From positions 992,001-1,056,000 of the forward strand of contig CAVXGR010000018.1 of assembly GCA_963761335.1 (NCBI GenBank): a DNA stretch of 64,000 bases, given 5' to 3'. Of the stretch, positions 40,874 through 50,664 are shown in pieces. The notes under the pieces are model-generated. The model was not told where the DNA came from. It searched no databases and was given only the letters and a program-made list of their open reading frames with translations. The stretch is from an uncultured delta proteobacterium. Lineage in GTDB: Bacteria > Desulfobacterota > Binatia > HRBIN30 > BPIQ01. The position numbers and the translations under genes were made by a program. Each line of letters begins with the position of its first letter. Position 1 is the first letter of the stretch.

Positions 40874-41773
40874 ATGCCAATCGCGAAAGCCAACGGAATC
40901 GACATCTGTTACGAGAGCTTCGGCGAGCCGAGCGGCCGGCCGCTGCTGCTGGTGATGGGGCTGGGGACGCAGATGCTCGGCTGGCACGAGGAGTTCTGCG
41001 AGCAGCTGGTGGCCCGCGGCCACTGGGTGACCCGTTTTGACAACCGCGACATCGGCCAGTCGTCGCAGCTCGACGAGCTGGGCATCCCGGACGTGCCAGC
41101 GGCGATGGCCGCGGCGTTTCAGGGCGGCGAGATCAAGGCGCCTTATCTCCTGCGCGACATGGCGGCGGATGCGGTCGGTCTCATGGACGCCCTGGGGATC
41201 GACTCGGCCCACGTGGTCGGCGCCTCCATGGGCGGCATGATCGTGCAGGCGATGGCGATCGATTTCCCGTCGCGGGTGCGCAGCCTGACGTCCATCATGT
41301 CGACCACCGGCGAGCGCACCCTGCCGCAGTCGCAGCCCGAGGCCATCGGCGCCCTGTTGGTGCCGCCGCCGCCGGATCGCGAAGGCGCCATCCAGCGCAA
41401 CGTCGACATCTTTCGCACCATCGGCAGCCCCGGCTTTCCGTTCGAGGAGGAGCGTATCCGCGAGCGCGCCGGCCTGTCCTACGACCGCGGCTTCAACCCC
41501 GCCGGTGTCGCCCGCCAGCTGATGGCCATCATCGCTTCCCCGAGCCGGCGCGAGGCGCTGCGCCGGGTGAAGATCCCGGCGCTGGTGATCCACGGCAAGG
41601 CGGATCCGCTGGTGCCGGTCGAGGGCGGCATCGACACGGCCGAGGCGCTGCCCAACGCCGAGCTCATGCTCATCGACGGCATGGGACACGATCTGCCGTC
41701 GCCGCTGTGGCCGCGCCTGGTCGAGGCGATCTCGGCGCTCACGGAGCGCGCCGAGGCGGCGCGACGGTCGTGA
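40874..41773 (+). CDS. Alpha/beta hydrolase
   Basis: LLVMGLG, FDNRDIG, GASMGG nucleophile elbow, HGKADPL, GMGHDLP. Confidence 0.92.
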   Translation: MPIAKANGIDICYESFGEPSGRPLLLVMGLGTQMLGWHEEFCEQLVARGHWVTRFDNRDIGQSSQLDELGIPDVPAAMAAAFQGGEIKAPYLLRDMAADAVGLMDALGIDSAHVVGASMGGMIVQAMAIDFPSRVRSLTSIMSTTGERTLPQSQPEAIGALLVPPPPDREGAIQRNVDIFRTIGSPGFPFEEERIRERAGLSYDRGFNPAGVARQLMAIIASPSRREALRRVKIPALVIHGKADPLVPVEGGIDTAEALPNAELMLIDGMGHDLPSPLWPRLVEAISALTERAEAARRS

Positions 41774-42639
41774 TCGCCTCTCTCCGCCGCCGGTGGCCTT
41801 TCCTGCTCGCGCTCGCAGTCCTGAGCGGCTGCGATGCGGGCAACCCGCGTCCAGCCGACGTCGCCTTCGTGGTCAACAAGAATTCTGGGCAGATCGATGT
41901 GTGCCAGCTCACGGCCGGCGGAGTCGTCGATTTTTCGAGCTGTGAGCTGGCGTCCGCGTCCACCTTCAGCCAGCCGATCGACATGGCCATGATCGGCCAG
42001 TCGGTTCTGATCTCCGTGGAAGACGGAATCGAGGAATGCACCAGAAGCGGAGATCGGCTCGTCTCGTGCGAGCTGGCGATTGACGACGCCAACTTCCCGG
42101 TGGGCCTGACGCTCGGTGGCCAGGTCCTCTTCGTCGCCGACTACTCGGCCAAGTCGATCGCCAGCTATGACGCGTCAAGCCTGGAGCCGATGGGCGGCAA
42201 AGCCGTTCCCACGTCCCCAACCGACGTGGTTTTTGACCAGGGATCTGCGTACATCGTCACCCAGGACCTGGTCGGCAGTGTCGTCCTCGGGTGCGACTCG
42301 GCTCTGGAGAGCTGCACGCCCGCCTATACCACGCTCGATCATACGCTACTGGGAATGACGATATACGACGGGGTGGCATTTCTCACCGACGCCGCCGGCA
42401 ATAGTGTGGTCTCGTGTGACGTGGGAGGTGACGGGAGCCTCTCGGCCTGCAGCGCCCAGGGCGACGCCACCGTATTCAACTACCCGTACGGGATCACGAT
42501 TCGCAACGACGTGGCCTACATCCCCAACCGCGCCGAAGCCTCGATCATCGTCTGTGACGTGAGCGGCAAGAGCCTGCTCAACTGCAGCAAGAAGACAAAC
42601 GAGCTGTTCGACGGTCCGACCTGGGTCATTTTCGGCTGA
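41770..42639 (+). CDS. Cys-rich beta-propeller-like lipoprotein
   Basis: Lipobox LSGC; ~40-aa repeats P-x-G-x-T-I..AY/F..N..S-V/I-x-x-C-D...L-x-x-C; GTGA coupling. Confidence 0.7.
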   Translation: MIASLRRRWPFLLALAVLSGCDAGNPRPADVAFVVNKNSGQIDVCQLTAGGVVDFSSCELASASTFSQPIDMAMIGQSVLISVEDGIEECTRSGDRLVSCELAIDDANFPVGLTLGGQVLFVADYSAKSIASYDASSLEPMGGKAVPTSPTDVVFDQGSAYIVTQDLVGSVVLGCDSALESCTPAYTTLDHTLLGMTIYDGVAFLTDAAGNSVVSCDVGGDGSLSACSAQGDATVFNYPYGITIRNDVAYIPNRAEASIIVCDVSGKSLLNCSKKTNELFDGPTWVIFG

Positions 42640-42744
42640 TTCGGGTTGGCGGGTTTCCGAGCTAGCGGGTTCGATCGCTGCCGCGGAATTCGCGACGCTT
42701 GCGAGAATCGCACACCCAGTGACTTTCGTTGACGCGATGGATGC

Positions 42745-44031
42745 TTGGTGCTAGCAGGGCCGATGGCCGTTCCGCTCACCGGGCAGCTCGAAGATCCCGC
42801 CCTTCTGATCGCCATCCTCCTGTACGTACCGCTGCTCTGGCCGCTCATCGCCATCACCCGAGCCGAGAAACAGCGACTCGTGTGGATCATCGCTGGACTT
42901 GCGGCTGCCTCCGGCGTGAGCCTTTGGCACTTCACGCGCACGCCGCCGGGTATCTGGTGGATGGACGCCTACGAGAACATGACGACGTTTTCGAGCCGCC
43001 AGGGTTCGTTCACCCCCATCCTTTGGGACGAAGTGCGCGCCGCGGCCTCGGCGGGGTGGTCCTTTGTGCCGACGTACCTGATCGATCGCACGACCGGCAC
43101 CTTCCTCGGCGAGCGCCTCTTCGGATTTGCTGCACACCTGCTCCTGATCATCGCCACGGGGTTGACGGCGCGCCGCGCCGGAGTGCCGATCGCAGTGGCG
43201 CTGGTGGCCTGCGGGCCAACCCCGATCTGGCTGTCGAGACACGCGGAGGGCACCGAGCATCTGCTCCAGCAAATCACCGTGATCGCCGCCCTCGACCAGC
43301 TGCGCCGGTCGAGACGTGTCTGGCTGGTCGTGGTGGCAGGCGCATTCCTGGGTATGCTCAGCTACACCTACGCGGCGGCACGTGTCGCCTGGCTCTACCC
43401 GGCGATCTGGCTGTGGAGAAAGCCCGGACGCGCCCTCGCGGTGTATGCGGTCTTGGCCGTATGCCTGCTTCCCATCGTCCTCGTTCCTTTGTCAGAGGGG
43501 CATGCCGTGAACCTGCAGAGCCTGCCGCGCTCGACCAGCGAGCCGGGATCGACCTTCAGCCAGCACTACCAGGTGCCGACCCTCGAGTACGCCTGGAAGA
43601 GCCTGCGCAGCCTCGCGGATGAGAAGGCGGGAGAAGTTGGGACGCGGAGCTATCCCGGCGCCCAGACGTTGCCGACGAGCGCGGTGCTCGCCGGCGCTAT
43701 TGGGAGCCTGGCGGCGCCGCGGTATGGAATCGGCGCGGCCGTGGGCACGCTTCCCGACCTGGTCAGCTATCAGAACCCGGCTCGGAGTCACCGGCAGATG
43801 CTGGTGTTCATGCCGGTCGTTCTGGCCGTGGCCGAGATCGGGCGCTGGCTTCCGCCCCTCGCCGTCTACGCCACCGCCGTCGTGGTTGCGGCAGAGGGGG
43901 CATGGCGGTGGTTCGACCTGATGAGCCGAGTGGAGGTGACTCCCGGCCGATGGAGAGACTCGGCCGGCTACGGCGACCTCTACCCCTGCGCCGAGTCCCC
44001 CATGCGCGACCGCTACATCTGGTGCCCTTGA
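42745..44031 (+). CDS. Polytopic membrane protein, possibly a degenerate GT-C (ArnT/PMT-like) glycosyltransferase
   Basis: About 10 hydrophobic segments; PPGIWWMD after the first TMs, LSYTYAAAR; family assignment is weak. Confidence 0.5.
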   Translation: MVLAGPMAVPLTGQLEDPALLIAILLYVPLLWPLIAITRAEKQRLVWIIAGLAAASGVSLWHFTRTPPGIWWMDAYENMTTFSSRQGSFTPILWDEVRAAASAGWSFVPTYLIDRTTGTFLGERLFGFAAHLLLIIATGLTARRAGVPIAVALVACGPTPIWLSRHAEGTEHLLQQITVIAALDQLRRSRRVWLVVVAGAFLGMLSYTYAAARVAWLYPAIWLWRKPGRALAVYAVLAVCLLPIVLVPLSEGHAVNLQSLPRSTSEPGSTFSQHYQVPTLEYAWKSLRSLADEKAGEVGTRSYPGAQTLPTSAVLAGAIGSLAAPRYGIGAAVGTLPDLVSYQNPARSHRQMLVFMPVVLAVAEIGRWLPPLAVYATAVVVAAEGAWRWFDLMSRVEVTPGRWRDSAGYGDLYPCAESPMRDRYIWCP

Positions 44032-44136
44032 GGAAGAGGCAAGGGCGCCCGCGTCGTTCCGCCCCGACCGTAGCCGCCCGCCTCGCGAGGGCCGAACCCG
44101 CAGGGCCGCCAACCCGAAGACGCGAAAGCGTCAGAG

Positions 44137-44929
<793 letters not shown>

Positions 44930-44930
<1 letters not shown>

Positions 44931-45606
44931 CAGCTCGCCAACCGGGATAGGGTTGCGGCGCCCGGCGCCGCCGCGACCTGATAGCCGAGCAAGCGCGTGG
45001 CGATCGACGAGCAACGCCCAAGGCGAGGCTGCGGGAGCGTCGTCGGCGAGCTGATCAGCAGCTCGGCGCGCATGCTGCCGTCGTCGAGCTCCTTGCTGGC
45101 GAACTCGAGGCCGAGTCGAGCAAGACCGTCTCGTCCGCCGGGCCGAGGCGCAGCCACAGCTGCGTCGGATCGGATCGCTGGCGCGCCGCCTGGAGCACGG
45201 CGGAGATGTCGATGTCGAAGGTGCTCCCTGAGGGAACGGTGCCGAGAGCGCGGGGAGCGGCATAGATCCCCGGCTGGGTGTTCCAGGTGACGCCGGTCAT
45301 GCAGTCCTCCGTGCCGGGCTCGAGGCGTCCGTCAACGGCGGCGGCAGAGGAGGGATCTGCAGAAAGGCGACGGGAGCCCGTCGCGCGCAGCACCGCTGTG
45401 TCCGGGCAGCGCCGGATGAACTCCTGCGCCAGGCAAGCGCCATCGCCGCACTTCCCGAAGAACGAGGCGGCATCGCGGACGCAGGAGGCCAACGCCGCAG
45501 GGCCGGGGCATCGCCCGCGGTCACGGTGCGCAACACCAGGGCCGAGTCGGCCGAGGTGCGGCGCGGGCAGGATCCAGAGACGACGGCGAGCGCTCCTCCC
45601 ATCCAT
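44930..45606 (-). pseudogene. Multiply frameshifted fragment of a DNRLRE/CBM96-like secreted domain (pseudogene or sequencing errors)
   Basis: Plausible peptides in different frames: ALVLRTV, CGDGAC, GVTWNTQPG..LGTV....FDIDISAVLQ, LEFASKELDDGSMRAELLIS. Confidence 0.45.
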
Positions 45607-45630
45607 TGATGCAGTCCGGCGACGAGAGCA

Positions 45631-46041
45631 TCAACTCTCGTGTGGGAGAAGCGGTCGGCCGCCGCAACTGATCAGCTCGATCCTGTAGCCGTTCGGATCC
45701 TCGACGAAGGCGATCACCGAGGTGCCGTGCTTCATCGGACCGGGCTCGCGCACCACCTTGGCGCCTTTCGCTTTCAGCTCCTCGCAGGTGCGGTAGATGT
45801 CGGCGGTGCCCAGGGCGATGTGGCCGAAGGCGTTGCCGACGTCGTAGGCGTGCGTGTCCCAGTTGTAGGTCAGCTCCAGCACCGCCGTCTTGTCCTCGGT
45901 GTCGTAGCCGACGAAGGCGAGGGTGAATCGGCCTCCGGCGTGCTCGCTGCGGCGCAGCAGCTTCATTCCCAGCAGATCGCAGTAGAAGTGCAGCGACTCG
46001 TCGAGATCGTTGACGCGGATCATGGTGTGCAGCAGGCGCAT
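45631..46041 (-). CDS. gloA: Lactoylglutathione lyase (glyoxalase I)
   Basis: MRLLHTMIRV, FTLAFVGY, LELTYNW, FGHIA, IAFVEDPNGYRIELI. Confidence 0.96.
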   Translation of the reverse strand: MRLLHTMIRVNDLDESLHFYCDLLGMKLLRRSEHAGGRFTLAFVGYDTEDKTAVLELTYNWDTHAYDVGNAFGHIALGTADIYRTCEELKAKGAKVVREPGPMKHGTSVIAFVEDPNGYRIELISCGGRPLLPHES

Positions 46042-46051
46042 GGAATCCTCC

Positions 46052-46828
46052 TCAGGCGGTGTGTCGGGTGCGCGGTGCGAGCCAGCCCTGGGCGACGGCG
46101 GCGAGTATCAGGCCGACGGCGATTGCCAGGAGGCCGCCGTCCATCATCGGATGGGCGAAGATCTCGCCGAGCGGCAGGGCCCGCCCCAGGTGCACGAGCA
46201 GGGCTCCGGCGCTGCATACGGCGCCGATTCCCATGAGGGCGATGCCGATCAGGCGCAGCACCTGGCGCAGGTTGACGATCTCGCCGCGCAGCTGCTCGTA
46301 GAGCCGGGCGTTCTCGTGCGCCACGGCGATGTCGCCGGCCAGCGCCTCGAGGAAGTCGAGATCGTCGCGGGAGGAGGCGGCGGTGGCCGGGTTGACCACC
46401 TCGATGACGCCGATGACGCCCGAGCGCGTGCGCAGCGGCGCGCAGAGAATGCTGCGGGTGACCATGTTCGTCTGGGCGTCGATGGCGCCGTAGAAGCGCG
46501 GATCGTGGCGCACGTCGTCGACGAACACCGACTCGCCGCGGGCGAGGACCCAGCCGGCGATGCCGCGCTCGGCGGAAAAGCGGATCTCGCCGAGCTGCGC
46601 CTCGATGTCGCGGCGCGACTCGCGCTGGCTGGCAACCGGGAAGTAGAGCTCGCGCCTGTCGCCGTCGAGGAGGAGCAAAGCGCAGCCGTCGGCGTCGAAG
46701 AGCTCGCGGGCGCGCCGGGTCGAGTAGCGCACCAGCTCGTCGAGGCTGACGAAGGACGAGAGCTGGCGGTTCACCTCGTAGAGGAGGCGCAGGCGCTCTT
46801 CCGGCTCTCGGACTGCCGACGGCTGCAT
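46052..46828 (-). CDS. GAF domain protein with two C-terminal TM helices
   Basis: GIAGWV..GE....DV..DPRF, TRSILCAPL, IGVIEVVN, IAVAHENARLY, then two hydrophobic segments. Confidence 0.8.
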   Translation of the reverse strand: MQPSAVREPEERLRLLYEVNRQLSSFVSLDELVRYSTRRARELFDADGCALLLLDGDRRELYFPVASQRESRRDIEAQLGEIRFSAERGIAGWVLARGESVFVDDVRHDPRFYGAIDAQTNMVTRSILCAPLRTRSGVIGVIEVVNPATAASSRDDLDFLEALAGDIAVAHENARLYEQLRGEIVNLRQVLRLIGIALMGIGAVCSAGALLVHLGRALPLGEIFAHPMMDGGLLAIAVGLILAAVAQGWLAPRTRHTA

Positions 46829-46887
46829 GGCTCTCTCCTACGACCGGGCTCCCGGCCTCGTCAAGGCGGAGGATGCGGCAGCCCGGC

Positions 46888-48048
46888 TCAGGCGGCCTCG
46901 AGGAGCGCCGCCAGGCGCTGGCGCTGGTAGGCGCCGTCGCCGAAGAGCATCTGGTTGTGGAGCTGCCGCTTGAAATAGATGTGCACGTCGCACTCCCAGG
47001 TGAAGCCGATACCGCCGTGGAGCTGCACCGAGCGTCCGGAGACGAAGGCCGCCATGTCGGAGGCGCTCGACTTCGCCATGCGCGCGTAGCGCTCGGCGTC
47101 TTGCGGCTCGTTGTCGACGGCGCAGGCGGCCGCGTAGACGAGCGAGCGCGCCTCGTCGATCTGCAGCATGGCGTTGACCAGGGGGTGCTTGACGGCCTGG
47201 AAGAAGCCGATGGGGTGATCGAACTGCTTGCGCACCTTGGCGTACTCGACCGTGGTCTGCAGCTGCCACTCGGCGGCGCCGCACATGTCGGCGGCGAGGA
47301 TGGTGAGGATCGCCGGCAGAGCCCGCCGCAGGATCTCCTCGCCCTGGCCGGGCGCGGCGATGACGTGCGATGCGGGCAGTGAGACGCGGCGCAGCTGCAG
47401 ATGCGCCTGGTCGCGCGTCAGATCGATGATCTGGTCGGGATGAACGGTCAGCCCGGCGGCGTCGGCGGGGACGGCGTAGAGGCCGATACCGGCGTCGCCG
47501 CGTGCCGAAACCACGAAGAAGGAAGCCTTGCGGGCGTCCTGCACGAAGAAGGCGCCGCCGTCGAGAACCACGCCGCCGTCGGCGGCGCGGGCCGTGACCG
47601 CGGTCGTCTCCGGCTCCCAGGAGCCGTCGCCGTCGGTGATCGCCAGCGACGCGGCCTCGCCGGCGGCGACGCGCTCGAGCCACGGCCGAGCCGCGGCGAG
47701 ATCCGCCTGGCGCAGGGTACAGGTGGCGATCAGCGTGCTGATCAGCGGCGAGGCCAGCGCCGCACGTCCGGCCTCCTCGGCCAGCCCGGCCACGGCGACC
47801 ATCTTCATGCCGGCGCCGCCGGCCTCTTCGGGAACGGCGAGCGCCGTCCAGCCGAGCTCGACCATCTGCCGCCACAAGCCCTCGTCGTAGGCGAGCGGCG
47901 GCACGTCGCTCTCGTACGCCTCGTGATGGTCGCCCGCCACCAGCTTGCGCAGCCGCTCGATGCCCGCCTGCTCGCCGAGCAGCTTGCGAGCCGAGTCGCG
48001 CACCATCTGCTCCTCTTCGCCGAATCCGAAATCCCTGGGCTGAGCCAT
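46888..48048 (-). CDS. Acyl-CoA dehydrogenase (beta-subunit-like)
   Basis: LWRQMVELGW, YAKVRKQFDHPIGFFQAVKH, QLHGGIGFTWE. Confidence 0.9.
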   Translation of the reverse strand: MAQPRDFGFGEEEQMVRDSARKLLGEQAGIERLRKLVAGDHHEAYESDVPPLAYDEGLWRQMVELGWTALAVPEEAGGAGMKMVAVAGLAEEAGRAALASPLISTLIATCTLRQADLAAARPWLERVAAGEAASLAITDGDGSWEPETTAVTARAADGGVVLDGGAFFVQDARKASFFVVSARGDAGIGLYAVPADAAGLTVHPDQIIDLTRDQAHLQLRRVSLPASHVIAAPGQGEEILRRALPAILTILAADMCGAAEWQLQTTVEYAKVRKQFDHPIGFFQAVKHPLVNAMLQIDEARSLVYAAACAVDNEPQDAERYARMAKSSASDMAAFVSGRSVQLHGGIGFTWECDVHIYFKRQLHNQMLFGDGAYQRQRLAALLEAA

Positions 48049-48073
48049 TGCCGCTCTCCTACTCCGTCTTCTC

Positions 48074-49282
48074 TCACTTCGTCTTGGCGAGGCCGAGAAC
48101 GCGCTCGCCGAGGATGTTCCGCTGCACCTCGCTGGTGCCGGCGGCGATGGTGATGCCGTACGAGTTCATGTAGGCCAGCGGCCACTCGGCGCCGTCGGGG
48201 GCGCGCTGGTCGCGCAGGTAGAGCGAGGCGTGTGCCCCTTCGATCTCCAGAGCCAGCGCCGTGAGGTCCTGCACCAGCTCGCTGATCAGCAGCTTGGCCT
48301 GCAGGGGAATGCGCATGGGATGCTCGGTGAGCGCCGCGACCCGGGCGCGGCGGAAGGTCTGGCGAAAGCCCTCGGCGCGTATCGCCAGCTTGGCGATGCG
48401 CTCGCGGATCAGCGGATCCTCCCAGGCCGGGCGGCCGCTGCGAGGCATTTTCTTGGCCAGCGCGATCAGCGCCTGAACGCGCTCCTCGACCGATTCGCCG
48501 CCGCCGCTGCCGGCGCCCTCGGCGGCGCCGCGCTCGTGGAGCAGCGTGGTCATCGCCACCTTCCAGCCGTTGCCGACCTCGTCGAGACGCAGGCGGTCGG
48601 GGATGACGAGGTCCTCGAACAGGACCTCGTTGAATCCGGTCTGGCCGGTGATCTTGATCAGCGGCCGCACGGTCACGCCCTTGGCGTCGCCGATCGGCAC
48701 GATGAAGTAGGTGAGGCCGTTGTACTTGTGCTCGTTGCTGGTGCGGCAGAGGATGATCATCCAGCTGGCGAAATGGGCGAGGCTGGTCCACACCTTGTGG
48801 CCGTTGATGATCCAGTTGTCGCCCTGGCGCACCGCCGAGGACTGCACGCTGGCGAGATCGCTGCCGGCGTTGGGCTCGGAGAATCCCTGGCACCAGATCT
48901 CGTCGGCAGAGAAGAGCGGCGGCAGGTAGCGGCGCTTCTGCTCCTCGGTGCCGTGATGCAGGATGGTCGGCGCCGCCATGCTGAGGCCGATGACGTTGAT
49001 GAGGTAGGGAACGTTCGCCAGCCCCATCTCCTGGTTGGCGATGCGCTGAAAGCCATGATGACCGCCGCCGCCGTACTCCTTGGCAAAGTCGCAGGCGATG
49101 AGGCCGGCCTCGTAACATTTCTTCTGCCAGGCGCACAGGTAGGCGCGCTGCTCCTCGGTCATCACCTCGATGGCATGCTCGGGCAAGCGCGACGGCGGTG
49201 CCGGCGGGCGGTTCTCGTTGAGCCAGTGGCGGCAATAGGTGCGAAACTCGGCCTGCTCGGGAGTGTCCTTGCGCGTGTCCAT
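48074..49282 (-). CDS. Acyl-CoA dehydrogenase (alpha-subunit-like)
   Basis: WCQGFSEPNAGSDLA, INGHKVWTS, FNEVLF, TLLHER, TIAAGTSEVQRNILGERVLGL. Confidence 0.92.
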   Translation of the reverse strand: MDTRKDTPEQAEFRTYCRHWLNENRPPAPPSRLPEHAIEVMTEEQRAYLCAWQKKCYEAGLIACDFAKEYGGGGHHGFQRIANQEMGLANVPYLINVIGLSMAAPTILHHGTEEQKRRYLPPLFSADEIWCQGFSEPNAGSDLASVQSSAVRQGDNWIINGHKVWTSLAHFASWMIILCRTSNEHKYNGLTYFIVPIGDAKGVTVRPLIKITGQTGFNEVLFEDLVIPDRLRLDEVGNGWKVAMTTLLHERGAAEGAGSGGGESVEERVQALIALAKKMPRSGRPAWEDPLIRERIAKLAIRAEGFRQTFRRARVAALTEHPMRIPLQAKLLISELVQDLTALALEIEGAHASLYLRDQRAPDGAEWPLAYMNSYGITIAAGTSEVQRNILGERVLGLAKTK

Positions 49283-49288
49283 CGCGCC

Positions 49289-49317
49289 AGAGAACCGAGT
49301 CGGCGCGCCTAAGTCAA
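49289..49317 (-). promoter_or_regulatory. Putative sigma-70 promoter of a leaderless transcript
   Basis: Minus strand TTGACT-N17-TTCTCT-N6-ATG; a divergent TTGACT lies about 30 bp away for the P450. Confidence 0.4.
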
Positions 49318-49409
49318 AGCGCGCGCGCCGAAGAGAGCCGCAACTTGACTGGCGTGGATCGTCGTCGTAGCGGTGTCGATCCGACAGCCGCTGCGAGGAG
49401 GAGATTCTT

Positions 49410-50591
49410 TTGAGCCATCAAGTGAATGACGCCATACGCCTGACCGACGGCGCCTTCTACGGCGCCGATCCGCATCCGCATTTCACCTGGATGCGGCGAA
49501 ACGCCCCGCTGTACTGGGATGAGGCGGGGCAGGTGTGGGGCGTCACCCTCTACGAGGACGTGCTGGCGGTCTCGAAGAACCCCCAGCTGTTCTGCAACGG
49601 CGGCGGCATTCGCCCGGACGCGCCGTCGATGCCCTTCATGATCAATCTCGACGGGCCACTGCACCGCAAGCGCCGCAGCCTGGTGAACCGGGGGTTCACG
49701 CCGCGGCGGGTGAACGAGCACGAGGCGCGCCTCCGCGAGATCTGCGTCGACCTGATCGAGCGGGCGCGGCCGCTGCGCCAGTTCGATTTCGTGCGCGAGA
49801 TCGCCGCCTGGCTGCCACTGATCGTCATCGGCGACATGCTCGGAGTCGAGCCCGACGACTACGAGCGGCTGCTGGTGTGGTCCGACGACATGGTCCTCGG
49901 CACCGGAGCGATCACCGCCGAGCGCATGCAGCGCGCCTCCGACTCATTCGCCGACTACACCGAGTATCAGCGGCGCGTGCTCGCCGACCGCCGGGCGCGG
50001 CCGCCTCAGGACGACCTGGTGAGCATCCTCGTGCACGCCGAGATCGACGGCGAGAAGCTCGACGACGAAGAGCTGATCATGGAGTCGCTGCTCATCCTCA
50101 TCGGCGGCGACGAGACCACGCGGCACGTGATCAGCGGCGGCATGGAGCAGCTCCTCCGCCATCCCGAGCAGCGGCAGATGCTCGCCGAGCGGCCCGAGAA
50201 GATCCCCACCGCGGTCGAGGAGATGCTGCGCTGGGTGACGCCGATCCAGAACATGGCGCGCACCGCCACCGAGGACACCGAGCTGCGCGGGCAGCGCATT
50301 CGCGGGGGCGACAAGCTGGTTCTCCTCTATCCGTCGGCCAATCGCGACGAGCGCGTCTTCGCCGGCGCGGATCGCTTCGACGCCGAGCGCGCGCCGAACG
50401 AGCACCTCGCCTTCGGCTACGGGGCGCACTTCTGTCTCGGCGCCTCGCTGGCGCGCCTCGAGCTGCGGGTGATGTTCGAGGAGCTGTTGCGCCGTCTGCC
50501 CGACCTCGAGCTGGCGTCTGCGGCGCCGCCGCCGCTGCGCGCCTCCAACTTCATCAGCGGCATCGAGGAGATGCCGGTGCGGATTCGGTGA
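49410..50591 (+). CDS. Cytochrome P450 (CYP142-like)
   Basis: TTG start with GGAGGAG SD; LIVIGDMLG, LILIGGDETTRH, EEMLRW, HLAFGYGAHFCLGASLA. Confidence 0.92.
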   Translation: MSHQVNDAIRLTDGAFYGADPHPHFTWMRRNAPLYWDEAGQVWGVTLYEDVLAVSKNPQLFCNGGGIRPDAPSMPFMINLDGPLHRKRRSLVNRGFTPRRVNEHEARLREICVDLIERARPLRQFDFVREIAAWLPLIVIGDMLGVEPDDYERLLVWSDDMVLGTGAITAERMQRASDSFADYTEYQRRVLADRRARPPQDDLVSILVHAEIDGEKLDDEELIMESLLILIGGDETTRHVISGGMEQLLRHPEQRQMLAERPEKIPTAVEEMLRWVTPIQNMARTATEDTELRGQRIRGGDKLVLLYPSANRDERVFAGADRFDAERAPNEHLAFGYGAHFCLGASLARLELRVMFEELLRRLPDLELASAAPPPLRASNFISGIEEMPVRIR

Positions 50592-50616
50592 AGGTCGCCG
50601 CCAACCCGAAAACCAA

Positions 50617-50664
50617 CCACCGAGTCACCGAGTAACCGAGTCAACGAGCCACCGATCTACCGAG
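50617..50664. repeat. Octamer array (YMACCGAG)x6
   Basis: CCACCGAG TCACCGAG TAACCGAG TCAACGAG CCACCGAT CTACCGAG between convergent genes; the last unit contains the ligase stop. Confidence 0.75.
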
